Assembly: GCF_028641065.1 (NCBI RefSeq) | Contig: NC_073398.1 | Coordinates: 19,716,001-19,780,000 of the forward strand | Length of the DNA stretch: 64,000 nucleotides | DNA from: Leucoraja erinacea | Lineage: Eukaryota | Direction of reading: 5' to 3' | Shown: one piece after another, positions 1-10,580 of the stretch | Numbering within the stretch: position 1 is the first letter of the stretch | Layout: each line of letters begins with the position of its first letter | Notes under the pieces: generated by a model | Told to the model about the DNA's origin: nothing | Seen by the model: only the letters and a program-made list of their open reading frames with translations | Database searches by the model: none | Position numbers and translations under genes: made by a program

Positions 1-619
1 TGCTTTTAATGCAGTCTAATCTTAGTTTATTTTCTGTGGTGTTCAAGTAGTTCTCTCCCCCTTTCCTTTTATGTCGCTTTCCATTCACATTTGATATTAA
101 TTCATCCTTACGATGATCGTTCATTAACTTTATGCATTAATTATTGGCAGGCACCATTTTGCTCCCTCACCCCAGCACTACAGAAGATTCAGAGCTACAG
201 AAACTTATTAATTGCGCCAAAGTCTTAATAGAAGAATGTCATTTTTTAATCTTTAGTGTATGTGTCATCCTGTGAAACAGAGGTGATATATAGCGTCTTT
301 ACCCATAACAGGTGTGACCATACAACACCTAATATCCCTTCTCGAATCCTTTTCATTTTTGCCTTAAAAAATTGAAATCTGCTCTTGAAAATGTGTTGAA
401 ATGAGAGCTACATTGAGTTTGGTGAAAGACTTCCTGAAGCTAATTCCCCAGATATCAGGAATTACATTTGTATCAAATGGATGTACATCTGAGAAAAGTC
501 TCGCTGTTCCCCCTCTGTGATTTCTCCTGCTCTCCAGCTCTAGAACCACGTTTTAACCCTGGCTCGCTACCACAGTCACATGTGTTTTCTCAGTGCTTGC
601 CTGCGCTTCCCTCATTGTC

Positions 620-826
620 ACCTTCCCCTCAGCCAACAGCCTACATTTCCTTGAACATTGTCTGCTTTGATCTGTCATTTTCACACCTTTCTCTTCCATA
701 TCTCTGGTTTCCCTCTCCCCTTACTCTCAGTCTGAAGAAGGGTTTTGCCCCGAAACGTTACCCATTCCTTCTCTCCAGAGATCATGCCTGTCCGTTGAGT
801 TACTCCAACATTTTGTGTCTATCTTC
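620..826 (+). mobile_element. Penelope-like element 3'/pLTR fragment with hammerhead-like motif
   Basis: Pyrimidine-rich tract, then ctgaaga-agggttttgccc-cgaaac-gtta (732-760) and the recurrent arm 'cccattccttctctccagagat...gagttactcc..cattttgtgtctatct'. Confidence 0.65.
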
Positions 827-1209
827 TGAGAAGTCTTGCTCAGTCATTCCGTACATTTGACTGTATGCATGACTATTGCATGGAAGTTAATTGCTCCCAC
901 TTATATAACTAAGTGCATTCTCTAATTTAAAATTTCTACTCAGAATGTTCATCTTTACATTCCACCAAAATGACAGTGATTCAAGATGGGAAACCATAAA
1001 CATCTTGCACAGCGGGTCAGGCAGTATCTCTGGAGATCAGGGATGGGCAACGTTCTGGGTCGGGACCCTTCTTCAAATTGGAGAATCCCTTGTTTATGGG
1101 ATCGAATAATATGCCTGCATATAGTTGTAATTTGAGTAAACAAATGCACTGAAACATACAGATAGATTATCTGCACTTGGGTACTCCAACTTCTGTGACT
1201 TATAGGAAG

Positions 1210-1529
1210 AGTGGCGCAGTGGTCGAGTTGCTACCTTACAGCGAATGCAACGCCGGAGACCCAGGTTCGATCCCAGCTATGGATGCTTGTCTGTACGGAG
1301 TGTGTACATTCTCCCCGTGACCTGTGTGGGTTTTCTCTGTGGTCTTCGGTTTCCTTCCACACTCCAAAGAAATACATGTATGAAAGTTAATTGGCTTGGT
1401 AAATGTAAAAATTGTACCTAGTGGGTGTAGGATAGCGTTAATATGCGGGGATCGCTGGTCGGCGCGGACCCGGTGGGACGAAGGGCCGGTTTCGGCATTG
1501 TATCTCTAAACTAAAAAACTAAACTAAAC
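1210..1529 (+). mobile_element. HE1-type tRNA-derived V-SINE
   Basis: A box-like tggcgcagtgg, B box-like ggttcgatccc, V-domain-like core, CR1/HER1-like tail ending ctctaaactaaa repeats. Confidence 0.85.
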
Positions 1530-1675
1530 GTAGAAAATAGGTGCAAAGGTAGACCATTCGGCCCTTCGAGCCAGCACTGTCATTCAATATGGTCATGGCT
1601 AATCATCCAGAATCAGTACCCCGTTCCTGCATTTTCCCCAAATCCCTTGATTCCGTTAGCCCTAAGAGCTAAACT
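1530..1675 (-). mobile_element. CR1/HER1 LINE 3' UTR fragment
   Basis: tagaaaataggtgca...cattcggcccttcgagccagcactgtcattcaatat.gtcatggct; same motif at 43660 and 55230. Confidence 0.75.
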
Positions 1676-2299
1676 AGAACAATACCATTTGGTTTGTCAT
1701 TTTTATCAGGAGTTACTGTCTTTTCTGCTCATACTGTAGCATTTCCACTTCCACTATTCCATTATGTGGAATTTTTGGTTGATACTTTGAAGAATATAAT
1801 GGTAAATCAATCATATTTCCAAAGATGTAATTAAATGTCTTCTATTCCAGAAAACAAAAAAAGCATTCAGCAACTGCTCAGATAGTTCCATTTTGCCGTT
1901 CATAATTCTTCACTGTGCCGTTCTCCAATTTTCACATTAGATTATGATTCCTCGAATGTAAAACGAAATCCAGCTTTTTTTCTCAATGTTTTTCATAACT
2001 TCTGTGGTAATTCCTTGACGGTTTAAGCATTTTGTGTCCTTACATGGTATGTCATTGTGATGGCAGGTTGACTCATTTATGCTTTGCCTTAAGGCAGAGC
2101 ATATTTGTTAGCTGTAGCTATGGCAACATGTGTCTTCTAAATATATTAATAAGCCAAAGATAGATTCCCTCCCTCAATTAGTACACCACACTCCTTCACT
2201 CCGGTGATTATTTAAATGTCTTTAATATTATCTCTTTTGCCTAATATAGTTAATACAGCACAATGAATGAAACCTTTGTCGAGCTCCTCGTTGTGGTAG

Positions 2300-2515
2300 T
2301 AGACACAAAAAGCTGGAGTAAGTCAGCGGGTCAGATGGTATCTCTGGAGAAAAGGAATGGGTGATGTTTCGGGTTGAGACCCTTCTTTCGACTGAGAGTC
2401 AGGGAACCTCACCCATTCCTTTTCTGTGGAGATACTGTCTGACCCGCTGAGCTACTCCAGCATTTTGTTTCTATCTTCAGTTTAAACCAGCATCTGCAAT
2501 TCCTTCTTACGCATT
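2300..2515. mobile_element. Penelope-derived fold-back (palindromic) element
   Basis: Inverted arms agacacaaaaagctggagtaagtcagcgggtcaga... and ...tctgacccgctgagctactccagcattttgtttct. Confidence 0.7.
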
Positions 2516-2624
2516 ACACAATCTTTCTCATTGTGGCGGTGTATGGAGTCTTTACTTATTATTTATTCTTTTTGTAACTATCTTTTTCTTAATTGCTCAA
2601 GCTTTGTAGCCACCAGCCTTGCAA

Positions 2625-2823
2625 CTCTGGAGAAAAGGAATAGGTAACATTTAAGGGTTGAGACCTTTCTTCAGACTGAAGAAGACTTCCCGGACTGAAG
2701 AAGGGTTTCGACCCGAGACATCACCTATTCCTTTTCCCCAGAGATGCTGTCTGACCTGTTGAGTTACTCCAGCTTTTTGTGTCTGACGTTGGTTCAAACC
2801 AGCATCTGCAGTTCATCCCCATA
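2625..2823. mobile_element. Penelope-derived fold-back element with 11-bp TSD
   Basis: Direct repeat cagccttgcaa at 2614-2624 and 2824-2834; inverted arms centred on ttcttcagactgaagaa. Confidence 0.75.
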
Positions 2824-4194
2824 CAGCCTTGCAAGTCTACTCACTCTCTTCAATTCCCTTCCATTTCTTGAGGCAAGCCTCCACTTTCCATATGTTCTCT
2901 GACCTTCATTCCTCTAATTTGAATCTAATGCATGTCTCCCCTTGTGGTAATTTAGTTTGCTGAGTATTAGAAAGAAGAGGAGATCAACTTCAGAAAAAAC
3001 AGTGACCTCATGGTTAAGGACAGTGGAAGGATTGAATCACAAGACTATGCAAAACTGCAATACAGGTCCACCACTGATTTTCCAACACCCTGGTTTCAGA
3101 GCCTAGACGTATTATCAGTTTTGTCAGACCAAAGAGCTCACCGCCTCAGGTGGGCCGAGATATCGGCACACAAATTCGGCCTCAGAAGTTGGCTATGGGA
3201 CAGAAGAGATAATATGCTGGGCCAGAGTCCCAGAGACCCGGCAGCAGGGGACAAATATGACCCGCTGATCGGCAGCAGAGTCCTGATGAGGTTGAGATCG
3301 GCCGCCTCACCCGGACTAGGCACCATTTTATCGTGGAGTTGTCTGCAGGGTATTTAAAGAAGGTGCCAGACTACCGGTTGCTGGTAGTAGAGTATAGCCT
3401 AGTAGACAAGGGGAATGGGGAGACAACCAAAGATGTTCTGCTGAATTTCGGGCTGAATTCTTTGGCAATTATAAAATATCTTCAGTCATTTTCAATTATA
3501 TGAATTGCTCCAAGCACCCCAGTTTACAATGTTACAATAATGCGGTGAAACCCTGAATCCATGAAAGACTCAAGGTTGGTTTCTGCAACTAGGTTTGTCT
3601 TTTTTTTAATTGTAGTATCTACTTAAAAATAATTGTGGTTATAATATCATGTAATATAATATGTAATAATGTCTGACACTGGTGACAAACTGAGCCATGT
3701 TCTTGATTATAAAATTATGTTTTTTTTATCATGATATGTTTTGATCTTTCTGGAGCAAACATAAACTTTCCAGTTCCAAATCTGCCGTTCTCATTGAAAA
3801 AACATTGAAAAAACACAGTATATTCTGTTGTGTGTTAATCAAAGTATTTAACATGTTAATAATCTCACTGCACACATGTGAAAGATTTCAAGTGCTTTTT
3901 GAACCATTTTTCCCACCCACTGGTTTTGTAATAGAAATGAGAGCTTCCCTTGTCCATGCTCCAATGAACCATCTTTATTGCTGAAGATTAACACAGAACA
4001 TCTTCATTCTGCAGGGCCACCAATATCAAATTCTTCCTGTCTACCATAAATCAGTCTCTTGCCGCAAGAGTCATTCTATGCTATTTATAGTACGTTAATC
4101 TTCATTCACTTGTGAGATAATATGTAACAAAACTAAAATATGGGTCCCCTTGCTCACCCTATCCTTTGGGTTTGATTCCTTTCTTATGGTGGAT

Positions 4195-4499
4195 AATAGT
4201 ATGATTAAACGAGAACGTACCAGTTTGAAGTTTGATCTGTATTTTATGAGGAGTTACGATGAGGGATTACGTGAAGAGCCCGCTCAGCACCCATGCGCGG
4301 CATACTTCAAAGCAGCGGTGTGGAATCACAGATAGACACAGTTATTTAAATAAACATAGTAAAGAAAAGGAGACATCAGTTATCAGTTTGACCCATATTA
4401 TTGAGGGTGGGAGCGGAGGGCACGTAATCCCTCATCGTACCTCCTCATAAAATACAGATCAAACTTCAAACTGGTAAGTTCTCGTTTAATCTTACTATT
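4195..4499. repeat. DIRS terminal sequence and internal complementary region (ICR), 79-bp inverted repeat
   Basis: 4195-4273 is the reverse complement of 4421-4499, with 3 mismatches counted by eye. Confidence 0.92.
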
Positions 4500-4707
4500 T
4501 TACTTCAGAGTCACATGAGTTACTACGTGAAGATTTTAAAGCTCTGTGATTTCAAACCGTGTAACAGTTATTACTTCACTCACTGCCGAAGTCCTTGAGG
4601 GAGGAAGTGTGTTATCGTAATCAACCAATGAATCTGTTTGTAGAAAAACACAACGGTATTTTTTAACAATAACAACAAATAAATTAAATTGCTCCCCTGG
4701 GCTTAAA

Positions 4708-5596
4708 TTAAATATTTGCAGTCTGTAAAATATTTTCTGAAAATAAGGCAGGTTTTGCCAACGGCTTATTATAAAAAGTTCTGAACGTTCTTTCCCCCGA
4801 CCATCCTGCTGTAGCCAGGATGTGGTCTATAGGCACGTCCATTTTTTTGGCCGTCAACATGGATGCTGCCCTGGTGGAGTGAGATTTGTACATATTAGTG
4901 TTTATCCCAGCAGCTTTTAGCACCTGCTTGAGCCATCTCAAAATGGTTTGGCTCGTCACCCGACCATAAGGTTTTTTATGACTGACCCATAAGGCTTTTT
5001 CACTCCCTCGAATATTTTTGGTTGTGTCTATGTAGGACAGTAGGTGGGTCATGGCACATAACCGTGGTTCTGGCGGGTAAACCCGGAATTCCACGACTGG
5101 ATTAGGTGTTCCTGGTCTGCTCTGTTTGATCAGTCCCTGGATAATGAAAGAGATCTAGTCTGGAGCTGTGATCATGTTGTCCAGTCACAATAGGTGTAGT
5201 GACTGGACCCTCTGTGCAGATACAAGTGCCATCAACATGAGTGTTTTGAGCGTAGATTGTTCCAGGTTGAGGGATCTGGCTGGTGGCCATCCCCTGAGGT
5301 ATGTCAGGACCACACTGACATCCCATATATGGTGTACCTTGGTCTAGGGGGGGGTTAGAGTTGTAAATACCCTTCATTAGTTTGACCACCAGCGGGTGGG
5401 ACCCCATGGCCTGTTGTCCTGGAGCTTGTTTTAAATAGACAGACAGGGCACTTCTAGCTGTGTTGATGGCACTGTAGCTGAGTCCTTCATCGTGGTAAAG
5501 GTTCGCCAGGAATTCCAGTACGTTGGTAACTGTAGCGGTTGAGTAGGTGGTCCCTGTATCCAAGCAGTACTTCTCCCACTTTTTGATGCTGGACAA
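4708..5596 (-). pseudogene. DIRS tyrosine recombinase, frameshifted
   Basis: ORF 4708-5094 has HSTRAAS...ILATAGWS..TFRTFYNKP (catalytic H-x-x-R, W, Y); ORF 5102-5596 has the N-terminal VLEFLANLY..GLSYSAINTARSALS. Confidence 0.9.
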
Positions 5597-6665
5597 GTAC
5601 TGTTTTCTTGTGGATGTTCGGAGGGATGTCGTGGAGTAATGGGAACCATGGCTGTGTAGGCCAGTCGGGTACTATCAAAATACTTGAAGCAGAATCCATT
5701 TGTATTTTGCATAGTACACGGCTGATGAGGCAGAAGGGAGGAAATGCATAGAAGAAGAATTTTCCCTAATCCAGCACGAACGCATCTACTGCTGCTGCCT
5801 CAGGGTCTGGTTCCCAAGCGACATACATAGGTACCTGGTGATTTAGCCTTGATGCAAATAAGTCGATATCTGGATTGCCATATTGCTTAATAATATTTGC
5901 AAACACTTTGGGGTTTAACATCCATTCGGTGTTGTCATTAAATTTGTGTGACCTGGTGTCTGCCACTGTATTTAGCTTACCTGACAGGTAAGTTGCTGAT
6001 AGCCAAATATGTCTTTCGACACACCATTGCCAAATTGTGTTGACCAATTTGTTGCATGATATCGATTTTATGCCGCCCATATGGTTAATGTAGGCCACCA
6101 CCGTAGTATTGTCTATTTGTAACCGTACATGCAAGTGATGCATATTGGATGCATATGCTTTTAAACCATAAAAGGCACCCAACATCTCTAGATAGTTAAT
6201 GCCCAATGTAAGTAGTAATAATATCGTTTTCTGCCCACCACTGTAGTTCTGATATTGCTTCAGTGGGTAATTTCATGATACGATCATAATGACCTGCATG
6301 TCATTTTAGTGCCTGTACCTTTGCTCTTTGTAAGTTTTGATAGTGCAAAGGTCCAAATTGTGTAGCCGGAAATGTTGCTACCATTTCCCCAATTACTCTT
6401 GCTACTTGTCGAATAGTTGGTCGCTCGTTGACCATTAAATTGTTGCATGATTGTGCCAATTCAGTTGTTATGTCTTTTGGCAAAGTTACAGACATGTGGG
6501 CTGAGTTAATTGTGAAGCCCAAGTAGTCCATGGTTGTGGATGGCTTCAACTTAGATTTATCTGGATGTAAGACAAATCCCAAGGTTTCGAACAACTGTTT
6601 GGTAGCTGACACAGCTGATATGCCAATTCCATGGTCTTGCCTACTATTAAGATATCATCAAGATA
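5487..6665 (-). pseudogene. DIRS pol remnant: RT C-terminus, RNase H and DNA adenine methyltransferase-like domain
   Basis: YLDDI; LGFVLHPDKS...YLGFTI; INYLE...LQIDNTTVVAYINHMGG; DIDLFASRLNHQ; FYAFPPF; LIVPDWPTQPWFP; contains stops and frameshifts. Confidence 0.9.
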
Positions 6666-8906
6666 TAGAATTTTGTGCTCAAGTACCATGTAGAGGTGAG
6701 ATAATAAAGGAAGGGAATTGCGGAACTGACAGATTTAGTCTTTTGCAAGAGAAACAGAAGCACTGCCATTACACTGCCCTGTGGAATTTGGTTGATTCAT
6801 TCTATTCTGGGTTGATTCAGTCAAAGATTTATATTGTTTAAGGCGTACTGGGGTTCCAATCATTTATTCATAATTTGTATCGGAAGAGATTACTTTGTGG
6901 TTTCCCTTTCAATCACTTTTCCCGGAACCTGCGCTTGCATGAGAAATCTACAACATTACTACATTCACATATTTTGGAGATGAAAATAAATGATTAGCAC
7001 TTAGTTTGTCATTTTAGCAACAAACCTTTGGGGCATGTCAAATGTTCTTCTACTTCGCCTTTTTAGACTCAAGACCAAGCTTGTTTTCTCTGTCGGGATA
7101 GCATTTCTTTTCTGCATATTCTGTATGGCGTTCTTGTATTTTCTCTGCTTGCCAATCAGAGTAGATGTACTGCATGATCATCTTGATATATCCTACAAAA
7201 GTAGTAAAGAAATGCAGCCATGCTTCCAGCCACTTTGAAACGTGAAGCTGACGACCTGTGAGTGCTCTAATGTTATTGTTCATTTGAAATAGCTGTCTCG
7301 ATGGCACTGTGAGTAATCCTTCGGGAGGTGTACTACATCTTGCCTGACCTGTTCCTAAGCACCTTGCAGAGGTCTAGTTTTAAAATCACACTATGTTAAT
7401 GGAATATTAAGAGGTCAACAGAAAACAACCTCTTCAGTCTCATGATGTATATTGCCAGCCTTTTCTTGTCTCACTTTCCGTATTAGTTTCTATAGTAACA
7501 TTTATTTTGTCTTCTCTACATGAACATCATTGTCGGTCCTGAATTTAACTCTTCCCAGCTGTGTATTCCAGATGAATTTGAATGTGCAATGGTGATGCCA
7601 ATGACTCCAGTTGGACTTGCCCAATGGTGTTCACCTTCAATCTTACCCAATGCTATTGAATTCCTTGGGCTCCGACCTTCGAGCAGAGGTCACGTGTCCA
7701 ACACAACACTTCTCCCCCAACCCCTCCAATCCATTATTGGTAACATGGGCATCTTTGCCCTTCAAGCCCTGCAGCTGCATGGGGTTCGGCTGGACCAACA
7801 CCACAGCTCTCAGAGGCGGAGCACGTGGACCGGACATGGCCCACAATGGTGAAGGACACCACGGCTAAGCTTGGCCAGGGCGACCCTGCAACATCACCAG
7901 GACAACAGACCTTCATGGTCAATTCAAGACCCCTGCACTTACAACCACTGTGACTTGAAAATGGTGGTAAATTGTCAACACTGTATACTGTCTTAGTGTA
8001 CTTCTGCTATGCATTTGAACTGTATCTGAGATGCTTATCTCAAATGTATCTGCGCATATGTATAGTGATACTTGTACTGAACTGCATACACAAATGAATT
8101 TCATAAATAAAGCACTATACATATCTCCGAAATTTCCTCTTGAATAGCAATGACTTGACACCAAGTGGTTAAAGTCTTGATCAAACATGTTTACATTGCG
8201 AACGTTTAAAAAAAAGGAAATTAATTGTAAATTTTATTTCTCAAATGTTTTAAGAACTATTTCTATGAGCAGGTCCTTGGCCTTTTTACCGCATCCATCT
8301 ATTAATTCTGGAAATCCATTTCTCTGTGAAACATCTTGGAATGTTTATGTTAAAATTGCTGTTTAAATATAAATTGCTGATTTTGGATGCAAATTCTCCC
8401 CAAGACAAAAATAAATTTAGAACAGATCTTTCGCCAGCTCTTTTGTTATTTGAGCTGGTCAGCACATGCATGGACAATTTGTAATTACGAACGTTGTGGC
8501 ATGTTACAGCGGCGTATGTTTAGATTCTGCTATAATAGCGAATTATTCCAGTCTGGATGACCAGATTTATATTACAACAATACCTATCATTTTAACTAGA
8601 GGAATTGGATGTCTGGATAATAAGCTTATGAAATAAGTGTTTAAGAAGTCAATGTTATTTCATACGTGTTATCCATAACTTGTTGCAAAGTGGAATGACT
8701 TAGAAGCTTACCTTATTATATAGAATCACAGTCATGGAGCGTGGAAACAGCGTGGACCTACAGCCCAACGTCCATGCCGACCTAAGCTAGTCCCATTTGC
8801 CGCACGGTCCATATCTCTCCGAATACCTGTAAAGATATCTGTGTGATTTCTTCATGGCACCATTTTACTGATTCTGGAACCACTCTGAAATATATGTTAA
8901 CTCTAA

Positions 8907-9280
8907 TGGGCCTGTCCCAATTAAGGGCCTGTCCCACTTGGCGATTTTTTCGGCGACATATCAGTGTCATACGTCATCGAGCTGCATCACTGCCGCTTAT
9001 TTTTCTGTGATCTGATACGTTTGTCAATGATGCCAGCAGTCGCTGAAAAAAATCGCCAAGTGGGACAGGCCCTAAGGCGACTATTTAGGCGGCTGTCAAG
9101 GACTAGTTTTAGTGGAATTCACCTACAACACCTGGGGACAACCTACGACAGCACTTACCACAACCTACGACAACACCTATGTCAACCTACAAAAACCTAC
9201 GACAGCAAAAAGTGTCGCCACTGTCGCCGAAAAATGTTCAACATGTTGAAAAATTGGCAGTAGTCGCCTGTAGTCACTGA
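8907..9280. mobile_element. PIF/Harbinger-like MITE (outer copy, right TIR missing)
   Basis: taa|tgggcctgtccca TIR start as at 21626, interrupted by an inner MITE; acctacgaca subterminal repeats. Confidence 0.65.
8925..9072. mobile_element. PIF/Harbinger-like MITE nested in the TIR of a related MITE
   Basis: TIR gggcctgtcccacttggcgattttt / aaaaatcgccaagtgggacaggccc, flanked by TAA (8922-8924, 9073-9075). Confidence 0.85.
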
Positions 9281-9810
9281 GGATCTTTCCATACCTCATC
9301 CATCTCTTGACTGCTGTCCCTGAACTTTCTTTAGTCGTCTTTGAACCAGGAAAACTTGACAAATGATGTTGAATGAACTGATAGAAAGAAACGTATCTGA
9401 GTTAAGAGCATTTTATTGTCATATATTGCAGATAGAACTATGCAATTCTTAAGCAGCAGCACTTAACAGAATATGTAAACAGAGTACTCTGAACCTTTTT
9501 AAAACTTTTTTATTATAATGTTTACAGTGTCTATATATATATATGCAAATGGGACTAGCTTAGCACTGCATGGACAAATTGGACTGAAGGTACCGTTTCC
9601 ATGTTCTATGACTATGATATCTATATTACTAAATGTCTGATCTTGACCTGTTGTTCCTGTTGTTCTGTATATTTTTGGACATCTTACTCAGTCCCCCTCC
9701 GCTGCGCAGGACGAGAGGATTTTTCCCATCGATTAAAAATAAAAGAGTTATTAGTGTTTAAAAAATGTTGAGATTCTCTCTCCTAAGGGCCACTCCCCTT
9801 CCTGAGGTAC

Positions 9811-9931
9811 TATAAAACCCGCAAATGTTGAGTGCCTCAGTCAGTCTCTGCAAGATGGGGGAAGCGAGAGGGTCACGTCTCTCAGTCTGAGCTGTGAATA
9901 ACACTGAACAAATGTCTACTAAACTGTGAGT
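9811..9931 (+). promoter_or_regulatory. Putative Helitron-borne core promoter, short first exon and splice donor
   Basis: TATAAAA 9811-9817, TCAGTC Inr-like 9837-9846, donor act|gtgagt at 9926; same layout at 38837-38938. Confidence 0.4.
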
Positions 9932-9984
9932 GTGAATTTACTGACCTTGAGTGCTCTTAATGTGGTTTGAAAATGAAAATGTGG

Positions 9985-10108
9985 TTGGTTTGAAATAAAG
10001 CACAGCAAATGGTTGGTGGTGGTTGGTTTGAAATAAAGCACAGCAAATGGTTGGCGGTGGTTGGTTTGAAATAAAGCACAGCAAATGGTTGGTGGTGGTT
10101 GGTTTGAA
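9985..10108. repeat. ~38-bp minisatellite, about 3 copies, inside the Helitron
   Basis: tggttggtttgaaataaagcacagcaaatggttggtgg repeated. Confidence 0.85.
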
Positions 10109-10209
10109 CTAAATGGTCTAAATTTGACAACTTCCTGTTTGCACTGTATATTGATTTTAGATAAAACACTACCACTTACAGCTGTGATTTTTGGCCATCT
10201 TACTCAGTC

Positions 10210-10580
10210 CTTGAATTTGGTGGCCTTGCACCCTGCTTGAAATGGCATGAAATTGTACTTGAATTTGGTGGCCTTGCACCCTGCTTGAAATGGCATGAAA
10301 CTGCACTTGAATTTGGTGGCCTTGCACCCTGCTTGAAGTGGCATGAAACTGCACTTGAATTTGTTGGCCTTGCAGCCTGCTTGAAGTGGTAGGAAACGGC
10401 ACTTGAATTTGGTGGTCTTGCACCCTGCTTGAAGTGGTATAAAACTGCACTTGAATTTGGTGGCCTTGCACCTTGCTTGAAGGAAGAAACTGCACTTGAA
10501 TTTGGTGGCCTTGCACCCTGCTTGAAATGATAGGAAACTGCATTTGAATTTGGTGGCCTTGCACCCTGCTTGAAATGGAA
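10210..10580. repeat. 48-bp minisatellite, about 8 copies, inside the Helitron
   Basis: cttgaatttggtggccttgcaccctgcttgaaatggcatgaaactgca; period 48 (10216 to 10264). Confidence 0.95.

Larger units (their letters stand above)
4195..6665 (-). mobile_element. DIRS1-like tyrosine-recombinase retrotransposon, 5'-truncated copy 1
   Basis: RT YLDD motif (6651-6665), RNase H, methyltransferase-like and YR ORFs; 79-bp terminal/ICR inverted repeat; terminal AAT. Confidence 0.93.

Noticed and set aside
1210-1290. tRNA gene
   Set aside because: A/B boxes continue into a SINE body repeated many times in the window, with no complete cloverleaf.
3139-3385. CTGATGAG hammerhead core and 115-aa ORF in a GC-rich patch
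   Set aside because: No downstream GAAA after a stem II, and the ORF is unrecognisable. Probably an unclassified repeat fragment.
4708-5094. Phage integrase or bacterial contamination
   Set aside because: Lies with RT/RNase H and an ICR in DIRS order, within vertebrate repeats.
10210-10580. CRISPR-like array or repeat-protein ORFs (10169-10564, 10200-10691)
   Set aside because: Units are contiguous near-identical monomers with no unique spacers and no cas genes. The ORFs arise because the 48-bp period is a multiple of 3.
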